Part shown: positions 24,566 through 39,525 of the stretch, in pieces
Position numbering within the stretch: position 1 is the first letter of the stretch
How the letters are laid out: every line of letters begins with the position of its first letter
Source: Azolla caroliniana
Lineage: Eukaryota > Plantae > Polypodiophyta
DNA length: 64,000 nucleotides
Assembly: GCA_043228905.1 (NCBI GenBank)
Contig: JBHGNT010000008.1
Span: 16,368,001 to 16,432,000 of the forward strand
Direction: 5' to 3'
Translations under genes and position numbers: made by a program
Notes under the pieces: model-generated
What the model was told of the DNA's origin: nothing
Databases searched by the model: none
Seen by the model: the letters and a program-made list of their open reading frames with translations, nothing else

Positions 24566-27500
24566 TGTTGAGCGAGCAAGCTCAATCGTATCCGGATCGG
24601 CTGAACAAGCTAGAGTCGGATCAGTGTCCGGATGGTATCCGGAACCAAGAGAGGGATCAGAGAGCTGGATTCAAATGTGAACCGAAAGGCTAGTAGTAGC
24701 CTATACTCCTAGATTACTAGGTTGTCAGAGTCCTCATAGTTAGTGTCAGCCGCTCTTGTGAGCATTGAAGTACATAGTACTTCTGTCAGTCCTTTTGAGG
24801 ACTTGTATAAATAGTGTTGTTTAGCACGTTGTATAGAGAGCAATACAGAGTATTATTTTTTGAATAGAGTTTATGTTCTGTGCTCTCTCTGTCTCTTTGT
24901 CTCTCTCGTGTATGCTAAATACTCTCAAGCTTCCATTGAACTTGTGTCTTTATTCTCTGATGCTACTTGGCTAAACCGGTTTTGTCAAGCTTCTGCACGC
25001 TAATTTGTACATGGTATCAGAGCGCGAGGGTTGAGACTCCTCTACAGCCAACAGACTCTTTCGAAGACAAACCCTAACACCCGGTGAAGAACAGTAGAGA
25101 ACCAAAATGGATAGAGGTATGGCAAGTTCGCATCCCACAGAAAAGCTCGACCAGAGAAACTATGCATCCTGGTCATATAAAATGCACCAGTATCTGTTGG
25201 GGCATAGATATTGAGTTATGTGGAAGGAATTAACGAGGTAGCACCGGAGCCAGCATACAAAGACTTCCTGGTGTGGGAGCAAGGAGCGAGCCGAGTATTG
25301 TACTGCCTCGCATCTAGTGTGCACGATCAGATGCTCGGCTACATCAAGGATGCAAAAATGCCAGAGGAGGCTTGGGAAAATCTATGGAAGATTTTCGCCG
25401 CAAGTACCACAACCCGTAAGTTGCAGCTCCGACAAGAGCTGAACAACATCCGACAAAGAGATATGTCGGTTACGAACTACACCACCAAGATTAAGGAGAT
25501 CTGCGATGCACTCAGATCCATCAACGTAATGGTGGAAGAAGACAAGATGGTCTAGATCTATCTTGGTGGTCTAGCACAACGGTACGGGCCAATCCAGATG
25601 ACAATTTGCACCTGGGAGAAGCCACCGTCCTTCTTCAACTTGCAATCCATGTTGATGGTCGAAGAAAACCATGCGAGTGGGTCAAGGGCCACTCAATCGG
25701 ACAACCGGATGCTGTACACGGAGGCAGATTGGCCCCATGGGCGTGGATGACGAGGTGGGTCGGCACGCAATGGAGGTGGCCAACAAGAGCAGAACCGAAG
25801 GCACAGAGACGGTGCCGACAGCAGTTCCGAACCCTCCACAAGTAGGGGGAGTCAAGTCGGAGCCGGAAACTGGTAGTTGAAAACCGACACGAAATGTTGG
25901 TACCATTGCAAAAAAGGCCACAGAGAGAGCGAGTGTTGGAAGAAGCATGCCGATTCAGATAAATCCGTATCCAGCAAGGCCGAACAAGGAAACTGGCAAA
26001 GCTTGCACTACGCAGAAGGATCAGACGGATCCGAAACTGGGAAGACCAGAAAAGGGCCAACCTTTGTAATGAAGCACAAGGCGAACTCGATGAAGAAGAC
26101 CACTATCGGATCGGAGGAAGTATGGTATGTTGATTCTGGAGTGTCAAACCACATGATGAGCCACGAAGAGTGGTTCTCGTCTTTGGAGAAACCGGAACAA
26201 CCAGGAATTGTTGAAACCGGAGACGAGACCCCTCACCTGATTGTGCATGTCGGAGAAGTCCCTTTAAGCCATGCTGGACAAAAGGGAAAGCTGATGAACG
26301 TACTACACGTTCTGACAATCACAAAGAACCTGGTGTCAGTTGGACAAATAGTCGACCAGGGAATGCATGTGCGGTTTACGCACATCGGGTTCTTCATCGA
26401 GGAAGAAAGTCGGATAATCGCGCAAAGGGCGCAGAGAAGGGAAGATGTTCATCCTCAACACAAATGACGTCGACACCACCATGTTTGCCAAAGGACAGAA
26501 GATTGAATCGGACATCGATCTCTGGCATAAGTGGATCGGCCACGTCAACTACCGAAGGCTTCAAGATCTGCAATCGAAACAAGTTGTGTTTGAATTGCCG
26601 AAGTTTAGTTGCCGGAAGGCCTAAATGTGTGAAGTCTGCCAACTCGGGAAGCAACACCGGCTTCCATTCCCCACCGAATGAAACCGGAACCGTAACAAGC
26701 TCGATCTAATCCATTCGGATGTATGGGAATCGGCACAGAACATTAGTCTTGGCAGGAGTTGGTATTTCGTCTCCTTCGACGACTACAGCCGGCACACGTG
26801 GATCTACCTCATCTAGAAGAAAAGCAAAGTCTTCGACTATTTCTAGAACCTTCAAAGCTTAGTCGAAAGGGAAACAAAGAAGAAGATAAAGTGCATGCAG
26901 TCGGATAGCGGAAAAGAATACTTTTCGGCCAATTCAATAGTTATCTGCAACAAAAAATAATTCGGAGAGAATTCAGCTATTGATATACACCGGAACAAAA
27001 CGGTGTGGGCGAAAGAAAGAACCGGTCGATTGTTGACACAACAAGGGAAATGTTGGAGGATAAGAGCATGCCCAAATTCTATTGGGCTGAGGCGGTTCGG
27101 ACGACCGTCTACATCCAAAACCGAATCGGGGACGAGGTGTCAGCACATGAGCTATATTTCGGGCGGAAGTCGAATTTGAGACACCTTGGGATATTCGGTA
27201 GCATAACATATGTGCATGTACCGGATGAGAAGCGAAGGAAGCTGGATCTGAAATCGGAGAAGTGCATACTCGTCGGCTCCTCACATGAACAGAAGAGGTA
27301 TAAGTGTTATAACCCTCGGACTAAACAGGTACGAGTAAGTCGAGATGTTGAGTTTGATGAGTCGACATCATGGTACTCCCTACCGACTCCAACTCCCGAT
27401 GAAGACCCGATTCCGGAGGATGAGGCTAGTGGGCCCAGAGATGTTCAAGAAGAAGATGAAGGATTCGGTACTCTAGATGAGAGTCCGATCTCATTCTAGG

Positions 27501-29220
27501 TAAGTGGACCGAATGAGTAGCTGAGTCGGGATGACCAGTCAGATGAGGAACCGACGAGTAGTGGAGACTCTGCCGTGCTCTCCCTGCGCAAGGAACCGAG
27601 GAGACAGTTCATGCGCAAAGCGAAGGGGAAGAAGAAGATGTCGGAATACGATACCTGTAGTGAAGGGTTGGATCGGAACAAATCTGACCTCAGAAAGGAA
27701 GAAGCTAGATCTTCAGAAAGGAAGTCTGAACCGGCCAAGAAGGGCCTCAAACTAGGTAACAAAAAGTTATGCCGATCAACCCGTCAGAAGAAAACCGTCA
27801 TGAGGTACGGGTACAATGAGTACATGGCGCATCACTATGTGTACATGACTAAGGTGGCGGAAGTGTGTGAGCCGGAGAGCTACGCAAAAGCAGAAAAAGA
27901 CGCAAATTGACGTGCTGTTATGGAGGAAGAAATGCAGGCACTTGATGCCAACGACACATAGCACCTGGTTGACCCTCCTCGACATTGTAAACCGATCGGT
28001 TGTAAATGGGTCTATAAGGTGAAGTACAATGCCAACGGTTCGGTCAACCGGTACAAGGCCCGGTTAGTGGCAAAGGGATACACACAGACCCACAGAATCG
28101 ACTACGACGAGATGATTTAGTCATCACCGGACCCGAACTCGATGAAATCGGTAGAGTGAAGTCCCAGTTGTTGGACGCATTTGAAATGAAGGACCTGGGG
28201 GAACTTCATTATTTTCTTGGGATCGAGGTGATCCGGATCCTCGACGACATATTACTCTCACAAAGACACTACGTGCTGAATATGCTATACAAGTTCGGCA
28301 TGACGGAATGCCGAAGGATCTCCACACCCCTGGACTAGAACCTAAAGCTATATCCCGACTCCGGACAGGCCTGCAATGAGAAACGGTTCTGACAAATTGT
28401 TAGAAGCCTTATATACTTGACGATCACCCGACCCGATATCAGTTATCCAGTCGGGGTGATCAGCCAGTTTATGCAGAAGCCGATCGTGGAGCATCTTCAG
28501 TGCGCGCATCGACTATTGCGATATGTGAACGACATGAAGGACTGGGGACTGTTATACTGACATGGTATACCTGAGAAACTAGTTGGATATACTAATGCCG
28601 ATTGGGTTGGTGATGCATTAGATCGCCGATCCACCTCCGGTTACATGTTTTCTCTTGGTAGTGCGGTTGTTGTATGGAGCAGCAAAAAACAGCCAACAGT
28701 GGCTCTGTCGAGCACTGAGGCTGAGTACTGGGGCGCTACCATTACCACCTGTGAAGCCATATGGCTTCGGCGACTGCTGCGAGACCTCCAGTTCTGATTT
28801 ATTGTGACAATGTAAGCAACATACAACTCACCAAGAACCCTGTATTCCATGCTCGGACAAAGCACATAGAAGTGCATATATCACTTTGTTCGTGAACAGG
28901 TCTTGAGCAGTGAATTTGAACTTTGGTATGTTCACACAGATCGGCAGGTTGCCGACATCTTCATTAAGCCGCTAAGATCGGACAATTTGCAACATTTTTC
29001 GGAGATGCTCGACATTCAGCATCTCAATGTGCCGCACTTGAGGGGGAGAATAGGAACGGGAACTGCTGGCACCGGACAAGGAGCCGGAAAGGAAGAAAGA
29101 ACCAAGGGGGGAGATGAGTAGATAAAGGAAGCCGAGCCGACCAAAGGAGTCGACACATCTGAACTAATAGGAACTATGCGGAATAATCTTCGACCACAAC
29201 TGAGACTTAGATCACTTCAA
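24566..29220 (+). mobile_element. Ty1/Copia element with 5' LTR (24566-25011), iMet PBS and decayed gag-pol; 3' LTR absent
   Basis: LTR TGTTGAGCG..TGTACA; PBS TGGTATCAGAGC at 25012; gag ATG near 25107; CWYHCKKGHRESEC; WYVDSG; integrase ERKNRS; RT with a core deletion near 28113; RNase [18 protein letters not shown]. Confidence 0.9.
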
Positions 29221-32200
29221 TGATAATCGAAAATCACAGAAAGATAAGAAATGGAAGTAGGTACACAAACAGAAGAGAATGCACAAGATGTTAACGTGGA
29301 AAACCCTAAAACGGGAAAAACCACGGGAGTCCCCAAACTCCAACTATCACTATGTAGAGAGGAAAAAAATACAATAGATAAACACAGAGGCCACGACCTC
29401 TTGCTCTCAATCTTCGCTTGGCGGCGGTTACAACAGAGACACACACAGTATCTTTCTCTCTCTCTCTCTCTCTTCTTCTTCTGCTACACTTTGTACAACA
29501 GTTACACCAATAACTCTATACAAAATAATGACTACACGTTGATTCGCGTTTGTCCTAGGTCATATTTATACTAATATGACTTTTCGGGCTATTTACAAAT
29601 ATAGTCCCAGTGGGATCTCTGGAACATATTTACATATATGTCCCTTCATCCGGTGAGAGGTTCTCACCAGGCTTGCATCATCCGGTTCTCACCGGGTCTT
29701 CCTTGTCGGGTACTCATCATCCGGTTCTCACCGGGTCTTCTGTTGCCGGGTACTCATCATTTGGTTTTCACCGGGTCCTCCGTTGCTAGGTACTCATCAT
29801 TCGGTTCTCACCGGGCCTTCCGTTGCCGGGTACTCTAATCCCATCCGGAGGGACCGAAATCCTAACAAACTCCCCCTTCACTCCGGCTTGGGATGCCTTG
29901 ACAAACTGATCCTCTTCCTGCATGCATCCAGCTTGTCGGGTGTCAACACTTTGGTTAGCATATCCGATTGATTCTCCTCTGTGTGGATCTTTGTCAGAAC
30001 AAACTCTTGATCTTCCACTCACTCCCGGATCCAGTGGTATATTCGTTGGATATGCTTTGTCTTGGAATGATACGCCGCATTCTTCACAACTTGGATGACA
30101 CTTTGACTGTTGCAATAGAGCCGGTATTCCTCCTGCCGGATCCCTAGCTCTTTGATGAAGCCCTTCATCCATAGTATTTCCTTGTTGGCTTCCACAACTG
30201 CCATGTACTCCGTCTATATGGTTGACAACGCAACCATGTTCTGTAGCCTCGACTGCCACGAAACAACTCCCCCTGCATATGTCATAACATATCCCGATGT
30301 TGACCGGCTGGTATCCGCATCAGCCGACATATCCGAATCGGTGAAACCGTCAAGTTGGGGTTTACCGGAGCCGAATCGGAGACACATAGTTGAGGTGCCT
30401 TTCAAGTAACGGAGTATCCATTTTACCACATTCCAGTGCTCCTTATCGGGATTGCTCATGAACTGGCTCACCACTCTAACTGCGTATCCGATATCTAGTC
30501 GGGTACACACCATTGCGTACATTAAGCTCTCGACAACAGATGCATATGGTATCTTCATCATATCCGCCTGCTCTCCCTTCGTCTTCAGGCTTTGCTTACC
30601 GGATAACCTGTAGTTTGCCGGGAGTGTCGATCCGACTGGTTTAGCATTTGACATGTTGAACCACTGAAGCACCTTTGTCACGTACTTCTCTTGTGACAGC
30701 TACAATTGCTTCTTTGATCGGTCCCGGATGATATGCATCCCTAGTATCTGTCTTGCCGGACCCAAGTCTTTCATTGAGAAGGTCCGGTTCAGAGCCTTCT
30801 TCAGCATCCGTATCTTGATTAGGTCTCGTCCGACGATCAACATGTCGTCCATGTAAAGGAGGAGTATCAAGAAGTCTCCACCTTCGAACTTCTTCACAAA
30901 TATGCAGTGATCGGCCTGCGTCTTGTGGTACCCTTGATCGGTCATGAAGGAGTCGAACTTCCGGTACCATTGCCAGGGAGCCTGCTTCAAACCGTACAGG
31001 CTCTTCTTCAACCGGCAAACTAGGTGCTCCTTCCCTTTCTTCACAAATCCCTCTAGTTGCTGCATGTAGATCTCCTCTTCGAGGTCTCCGTGGAGGAATG
31101 TTGTCTTCACGTCTAACCGCTCTACCTCGAGGTCCATGCTTGCCGCTATGCTCAGCACCGTCCGGATGGAAGTCATCTTTACTACCGGGGCAAATATCTC
31201 GTCAAAGTCCACTCCCTTCTTCTGCTAGAACCCCTTCACCACGATCCTGGCTTTGTACCTTGGGGGGTTGCCGGCATCTCCCGGTTTCAACTTGTACACC
31301 CACTTATTCCGGAGTGCCCTCTTTCCTTTCAGCAACTCCATCGAATCGTACGTGTGGTTCTCATGTAGGGAATCCATCTCGTTCTACATGGCACTCAACC
31401 ACTTGCAGCTATGGGTGTCATCCTTCGCTTCTTCGAAGATTTCCGGCTCCCCCTTATCAGTCAGCAACACATGCTTTGCATCCGGAAATCTCCGGGGGGC
31501 TCTTCGTTCCCGGAGAGGATATCTCCATCCTTGGTTTTCGGTAACCGGTTCCTGTGTCTGTTCTTCATCCGAATCTGATTCGGTGTCTTGTCCGGTTCCG
31601 GTGTCAGCTTCCTCTCCTTCTTCTGCCGGTTCGGTATCCTCATTGTAACCGGCCGGTTCTTCGAGTGTCAACTGGCTCCTAGCTGGGTACGTCTGAATCT
31701 CATCGAACCGATCCTTACCGGTCGACTCAGAGTTCATTATCTTCTTCTCCGACCCCTAGTCGGCAAAGGTCTTGTCCTCTATGAAGATAATATCTCGACT
31801 CTGGAAAACCTTCTTGTCGACCGGATCCCACACTCGGTAGCTGAACTCATCATCGCCGTATCCTAGGAATATGCAAGGCCGGGACTTTGGATCCAACTTT
31901 GCTCTCCGGTCCTTTGCAACATGCACGTAACTGAGACACCTGAACACCTTTAGATGCCGGTAAGACACTTCCTTAACGGTCCACACTCTCTTCGGCGTGT
32001 CTCCATCCAAGGGTACTGAGGGTGATTAGTTTATCACGTACGTCGCTATCGTTAGCGCCTAAGCCCAAAATGTCTTGGGTAGCTTAGCATGTGCTAGCAT
32101 ACTCCGGACCCTCTCCATTATGGTCTGGTTCATCCTCTTGGCCAACCCGTTTAGTTCCGGCATCTTCGGCACAGTAAATTCGATCTGGATTCCCTTCGAG

Positions 32201-32618
32201 CGGCAGTACTCCTCGAATTGACCCCGGTATTCTCCTCTGTTATCTGTTCGAACTGCCTTCAGCTTTTGGCCGGTTTCTCTTTCCACTCTTGCGTGGAGCT
32301 CCTTGAAGACGGATAACACCCGATCCTTCGTCTTCAGCGGTGAGGCCCACAACTTCCGACTGTGGTTGTCTATGAATGTCACAAAATACTGCGATCCGGC
32401 ATGTGACTTCGTGTCTACTTGACACACATCGGTATGCACCAACTCTAGTGGTGCATTACGTCTCATCGGTGGCCTTGATCGGAAGGAGGTCCGGTTCTGC
32501 TTACCGGCCAGGTAGTTGGTGCACTTCTCAAGATGCATGTCCTTGACCGGAATGAGGTTGTCATCGGCAAGCCTCCTCATCCCCTTCTCGCTCATGTGAC
32601 ACAATCTCTTGTCTAACA
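29221..32618 (-). mobile_element. Tnt1/Tork-like Copia, 3' half (INT-RT-RH plus 3' LTR at 29221-29867)
   Basis: LVHTDVC, VRTDNRGEY, LDVKTTFLHG, LLYMDDML and GFTDSDM. PPT (plus strand aactccccct at 29868) adjoins a 647-bp TG..CA LTR containing ~35-bp tandem units. 5' truncated at about 32618. Confidence 0.9.
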
Positions 32619-32789
32619 AAAGAAAAAGGAAAGAATTGTGAAATTAATGAGTAAAAAAATAAGAAGGTTTTCCGCAGGGTTAAAAAGTGAGGAAACGAAT
32701 TAACATTTCTTTTAGTTTTGATTTGACATTATACAATGAGAAAGCCAAAAGAATCCCATACTAATAGTGTTGAATCATTTATCTTTTTT

Positions 32790-33035
32790 ACTTCTGTTTG
32801 TGCCTAATTTTCTCATGGATATGTAGCCCTTGGTGCTCTCGAAAGACAATGTGCACATTTGCAGTTCCGAGAGCCATGAACTAAACCGTGGCTATTTGAT
32901 ACACTGATGACACCAACTCTTCTCTATGTAGTAGAAACATGGGAACCAAGTCTTAACAAGGCAAATAACTGGAAAGATTTAGGAGACCTTTAGTCTCAAT
33001 GATTGCCTACATGAAAAGGAACAAAGGATCAGTGT
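32790..33035 (+). mobile_element. RTE-like LINE remnant, left half (split by the Gypsy insertion)
   Basis: Reads GYVALGALERQCAHLQF..WLFDTLMTPTLLYVVETW and continues across the Gypsy as KGSV|PHDIIQAEMG. Confidence 0.6.
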
Positions 33036-33523
33036 TGTTACCGGCCGGCAAAGGAGTCCAGAGTGGGAAACGGAGAGTTATTTAAGTAGTAGGAATGTGG
33101 TTGTAATTAAGCTATGAGTGTGGACGGACAGACCGGAAACGGTATGCCGTTTTGGATCCGGACCGATCCCGAACAGGTGCGGATGGCACCGTTTTGTAAT
33201 ACAGACCGGAAACCTATTTAAAGGCCCGGATACAATGTAATCAATAGTGGTTAATTAATAAAAGCTTAACCGTTGTTATCTCTCTGTGTTAATTGCCGTT
33301 CTGTCTTAATTGTTAGATCTTACGCGTGTGTTATGAAAGACGATCATAATAAGTAACTTAATTTAGTAGGATTAAGCGTTGAGGCAGATCCGGTTGCCGT
33401 AACACCCTTTGGGGAAGTGTCTTCCATAGACACCTTGTGTTAGGCCATTGTCCGGCCCTAAGAGTTAACACAGTTTTTGGCGACCACAATTCCTGTTTTT
33501 GCAACGAATGACGGCACAGATGG

Positions 33524-36500
33524 ATGTCTACATCAACGCACGACCTGGTTACAGATCGAACTCGACGCCTTGCCGAAAGGCAAAGGAGATGCGAGGCTTT
33601 CCAGCAAGCGGTGCAGGAAATTAGAGCGGATCGCTCGTTTTCCAACGTAATCCGGAGAGTAGCGGAGGACTCCCTCTGGTTATAGCAAACATCGCACCCG
33701 GACGACGGCAGCAGCCTAAGCAGCCTCCGGGAAACCGAATCCCTTCTCCACGCGTTGGCAAACGGAGAAGGCGAAGCAGAAGCCTTTTCAGCATATGAAT
33801 CGGACTCCGAAGTGGAATACAACGTGCACACGAACTACCGTAGCAACAACGAAACCCCGGGCAGACCGGAGGACGAAGGATCAGATACCTTACCGACACT
33901 GGAACCGGAAGTGCTAACGCTGGAACCCCCGGAACCAGCAGAAGAAGAGCGACCTTTGACACCGGAAGTCGAAGAGGAGAGACCTCCGTCACCAAAAGAA
34001 GAGGAAAAACCACCGACGCCGAAAACAAAAGAGGAAAAACCACCGACGCCGGAAACAAATCGGGAAGGACCACCGACACCGGAGAAAATTCCGGAATGAG
34101 CACCAACACTGCCAGCCCGCACACCGATACCGGACGACGACATGCCGTTCCAGTACTCGAAGTATAGAGATGACCCGGACGCGGAAGCTCATGTGCACGC
34201 CTTTGAACAGACATGGGAAGCCAACCATGTGTCCCAGTGATTGACCCCGGAGGAAGAAGAACGCTCTAAGATAGCGGAATTTGGCGTCACATTGGAGGGA
34301 CCGACAACAAGATGGCGCCGAACGCAGGACCCGTCTACCATCAACACCTTTGCAGATTTAAAAGCTAAATTCTTGCATTTTTTTCAAAAAGAGGTGGACC
34401 AGACCATAATGGTAGGCTTATTTTATACCATCCAACAGGAGCCAGGGGAGAGCATTCCCCAATTTGTCATCCGGTTTCAACGGATGCATAGTCAGCTTGC
34501 CCGCGCACCCCCGGAGGAGGAATTACAGACTATATTCCTAAACGCGCTCCGGGAACCCCTACGCACGGTTTGCACGGTAATTGACTTCCGCACAAGTACC
34601 ATCGACCAGGTCATTGACCGGGTGAGAGAGATGGAAAAGACAAGCTCCTGGCTCACACTGGGAGCACTCCAACGGGCGTTACCGTCCAATGAAGACCTCC
34701 GGTTTGGGCAAGCAATACAGTGCACAACCTGCTTGAATTCCGGACACTCGGCTCTAGAATGCACTATGAGGACGCAATGTGTAATCTGTCAATCCAAGAG
34801 CCATACGACGGATAGGTGCGAGTATAATCTGTTGAACCGGCAAGCACCGCCCGTCCGACAAATTGAGCCACGCAGCAGCCGGGATGAAGAAGACGAACGC
34901 TGGCGGCGAATGGACCGCGACCGATCGGCACAGGATGTCCGGCATGGCGATCGACGGGAAAATGATGTCCGGTACGATGATCGGCGGGATAACTATGACC
35001 GGCATGATCGGTACCAGGGTTACAATAGACGATACGAACATTACGACTGGGAGCACTCCCCTGGGTATCGTCAACAACGGGAGGAATAAGGCAGATATAA
35101 CGGGCAACCCCGTCAAGAGTACAGTAATAAGAAGAGCTATAACAAAAAACGGCATTTTAAAAAAGGCGGCTACCCCCTGGATCCGGAACAAGGAGCTCCA
35201 AGCAGCCAACCGGTACAAAACCCCGCGCCTATCGTAGGACCTGCCCCGGGTACAACAGACAATGCCGAATCTAGCAATACCCGGAAAGCCTACTGCTACT
35301 ACTGCTGACAGGAAGGCCATTATAGTAACCAATGCCCGGTGAAGAGCTATGAAAAACGACCGGCGGTAAATATGGTAGTCCCTGAGGTGGCAGATCTGCA
35401 GCAGGTGACCACAAGGTCGAAGGGCATGGCCAAGGAATGGGAGACGCAGGAGACCATCCGGAAACAAGCAACGGAATGGGTAAAGAAAGCAAACGAACAT
35501 AATGTCACAGACTTACAACGGCAAAAGGAGAACACTGCAGGGCTTGCCGGCGGTAGTCACTCCGAGAACAAGACATGGCAGGCGTTGCAAGAGTGCCAGA
35601 TTACGTTGCCACTAGGAAGACTCCTACAACTTGTGCCAAGATTCACGGAAGAACTGAGGACGGCCATGACGGCAGGAGAACCATCACCGACACCGGTACT
35701 CTTCTCGAATCCGGAGGAAGGACTAACGGTGGTGGACACCAGCAGTCCGGCAATCACTGCCATTGTAAAAGGGAAAGAACTCCCCGACACAGTTATAGAC
35801 GGAGGCTCTGGGGTGAATGTAATAAGCCTCCGGACATGTGATGCCCTAGGAATCCACGAGTGGGAGCCGTGTCCGTTCTGGTTGCGAATGGCCGATACAA
35901 GCTCAGTGCGGTCGACAGGATTAATACGGAAATTAGAAGTCACCGTCGGCGGTCATACATTTTACATCTCGGCCGTAGTGCTACAATTACAGGCACAAGG
36001 CGCATACCCGCTATTGCTGGGGCGGCCATGGTTGAAAACGACACATATCAAACAGAATTGGCGGAAAAATATAATTACCTTCCGGCGAGGAAAAGCCAAG
36101 GTACGGGTACCAACACAGCCAAGGACGAGCACTGGCAAGGAATGTACACCGTTGTATGCAAAATGCGTCAACATGCTAGAAGGGTTAGCGGACGAAGAAG
36201 AAGCTCAGTACCTGTAGGAAAACCCGAAGATCATACCCCTCTTCGAAATTGACATTGCTGAAGCAGTAACACCATACTTACCGCAACTGGAAGAGGCTGA
36301 AGCAGAACCGGATAAAGACGCAATCCGGGAGTTACGGCAAGCACAGGAAGCGTTGGAACGGGAAATGGCCGTTTCACAGCGCGTAAAAGCGTCGCAACTG
36401 GAAGAGGTGAACCTAGGCACCACGGACAAAGCAAAACCGGTGCACATCGCCAAGGAGATGAAGTCCGAAGACAAAACGGCGATGATCACACTTCTCACGG

Positions 36501-39339
36501 AATTTCGTGATGTGTTCGCCTGGTCATACGAAGACATGCGAGGACTCGACCCTCAATTATACCAGCATCAGGTGCACTTGAGCAAGGACGCAAAACTAGT
36601 GGCACAAAGACGGTACCAGATGAATCCCAATTATGCCGCCAAAGTAAAGGAGGAAATCGACAAACTACTAAGAGTTGGATTTATCCGTCCGGTAAAGAAA
36701 GCGACATGGCTGAGCCCGATCGTAGTCGTACCGAAGAAGAACGGAAAAATTCGAGTTTGCGTGGACTACCGGAAACTCAATGCGGCTACGGTAACGGATA
36801 CGTTTCTACTTCCGTTCACAGATGGAGTGTTGGATGCCGTCGCCGGCCATGAGGTCTATAGCTTCCTAAACGGATTCAGCGGGTATAATCAGATCCGGAT
36901 GCACCCCGACAACCAAGAGAAAACGGTATTCGTCACCGAATGGGGGGTGTTTGTGGCCGTGGTGATGATGTTCGGACTCAAAACGGCACCGGCAACATTT
37001 CAACGAATCATCATGGAAATCTTTGGTGAATATATACCGGCTTTTATGCAGGTTTTCCTTGACGATTTCGCCGTCTATAGCCGGGAGGAGGACCATTTTC
37101 AGCACCTCCATCTTTGTCTAGAAAAGTGTAGAGCGTATCGGCTAAGCTTGAATCCGGCAAAGTGTGTATTTGGCGTGTCCAGTGGAACTTTATTAGGACA
37201 TATTGTGAGCCAGGAAGGTATTGCAGTCGACCCGGACAAAGTGAAAGCCATATTAGAAGCACCGGCGCCGGCAACGGCAAAGGCATTAAGCCGGTTCTTA
37301 GGCCAGATCCGGTGGCACAGCTGGATGCTCCGATACTTAGCCGACCTGGCTACACCGTTGCATGCCGCCGTACATCGGACACCATTCCAGTGGACCGACA
37401 CCGAGGATAGAGCGTATAGGGCCCTCAAGGTACTATTGTCGCAGGCACCGGTAGTACAACCTCCGGATTGGAGTAAAGAATTTTACGTGTTCGTAGACGC
37501 CTCCGACATAGCAATCGAAAGCGTACTTATGCAGCTTACGGAGCCAAAATGGTACCGGCCAGTGTACTATGCTAGCCGAAAGCTATCCCAAGCAGAACGA
37601 AACTACTCTACCACGGAACGGGAAGCTCTAGGGATGATCTACAGTGTGACAAAGTTTCGGCATTATTTATTGGGAAGGAAGTTTTCCTTCCATGTAGATC
37701 ATTCGACACTCCTTTACCTGGTGTCCAAAGCGTCACTCACCGGCAAATTGGCCCGGTGGACCTTATTGTTACAGGAGTTCGACTTTGAAATATTCCACCG
37801 ACCCGGTATACAGCATGCCGTGGCGGATTACTTAAGCCGATTGGAGTCCGGAGAGACGGGTGACGGAGTAACAGATGAGTTTCCAGATGCGGAGCTGTTT
37901 CAAATCACTACGGAGACGGCAGCAGATGAGACGGTGGCCCAGGAAGACAAGTGGCTCACAAATATGCACCAGTTTCTGAGCACAGGACTGCCTCCGGAAG
38001 AGTTGAACCGGGACGAACGGAAACGCCTGGCGGTGCAAAGGCGACATTTCTGCTTACTACAAGACACATTGTACCACAAGGGCGCGGACGACATATGGAG
38101 ACGGGCGGTGCGCAACGATGAAAAGGAACTGATATTGAGGGAAGCCCACTGCGGAGTTGCCGGAGGTCACTATGCCGGAGATGCGACGGCCAGGAAAATA
38201 TGGCAAAGTGGCCTATGGTGGCCAACGACACTAAGAGATGTGGTACGATACGCAAAAGAATGTGACCTATGCCAGAGAATGGGCCAGCCAACGGAGCAGG
38301 CTCGTATGCCACACCAGCCGGTACTACCACTCGAGCCATTCCAGAAGTGGGGGCTGGACTTTGTAGGACCCTTCAAGCCATCGACAATGAGAACAGGTAA
38401 TCGGTACGTCATCGTTGCTAGGGATTATTGCACGAAATGGGTGGAGGCCAAAGCATTAAGGGATAACACCGCTGCGTCAACGGCGAAGTTTCTATATGAG
38501 TACATCTGGTGCCGTTACGGATGCCCAATTGAATTAATAAGCGACCAAGGGGGCACTTTCTCGGCCAAGTAGTGGAAAGCCTGACGACATTCTATGCTGT
38601 TGTCCACAAACGGAGCACACCTTACTATCCACAGGCGAACGGTTTAGCGGAATCAACGAACAAGACGCTCCAGAATATCCTCCGAAAGATCGTCAACGAA
38701 AACCGGACGGATTGGGACACAAAGCTACATAGCGCGCTTTGGGCATACCGGACGGCATACAAAACGAGCATCCGAACAACACCGTTCCGGTTAGTGTTCG
38801 GACTAGAGGCGGTCATGCCGGTAGAATTCCAAGTACCCAGCTTACGGATCCAGCTACGGGAACGGCTGAACGAGAAGGAGTCGGAGGCAATACGGTTGAC
38901 AACGCTGTGTGAGCTCGAGGAACAATGACTGGCTAGCATCCTGCATTTAGAATTGGAGCAACGGCGACGGAAAGCATTTGTCGACCGGCACAGGAAATGT
39001 AACGAAAAAATGTTCGCAATCGGCAAACCGGTGTTAGTATTTCAAACCCGGATGGGCAAGATGCCGGGTAAACTACGGTTTAGATGGACTGGACCGTATT
39101 GGCTAACACGGGAGTATAATGGGTCCTACCAGTTAGGGACACTTGCCGGCGAAGTGCTAGGCAAATGGGTCAACGGATTCCGGTTGAAGCCATATAGAGG
39201 ACCAATGCCTAAGAACCCATTTGAGCAAAGGACCGACACCAGTGAGGGAAACGGCAACCACCAAGACGGCAGAGAAGGCGAGCCGGTAACTGGGGAGAAT
39301 GAGGCCGGTAAGGGTCCGAGAGGACCAACGGACAAGTGA
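33524..39339 (+). pseudogene. Gypsy gag-pol (gag with CCHC knuckles, protease, RT, RNase H, integrase) with nonsense mutations and one frameshift
   Basis: CTTCLNSGHSALEC; VIDGGSG; MMFGL..VFLDDF; VDASD..ERNYSTTEREAL; WGLDFVGP..SDQG. A one-base loss in a G run near 38550 shifts the integrase frame. Confidence 0.92.
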
Positions 39340-39525
39340 CGTCACACTAAATTAAATTATAATTATAGAGAGAAAAAAAATTAAAAATAAATAAAAATAA
39401 AAATAAAAATATAAAACAATCATGCAAAAGCGAGGAATGAATGGATGAAAGAGCGAGGAGCGAAAAGGTACGTAGTGGGCATTTAAAGCCCCACCATAGG
39501 ACATAATGCTATTTTAGTACACGAC

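Noticed and set aside
29670-29835. Regularly spaced ~35-bp repeats resembling a CRISPR array
   Set aside because: The units are contiguous without unique spacers, lie inside a Copia LTR in eukaryotic DNA, and have no cas genes nearby.
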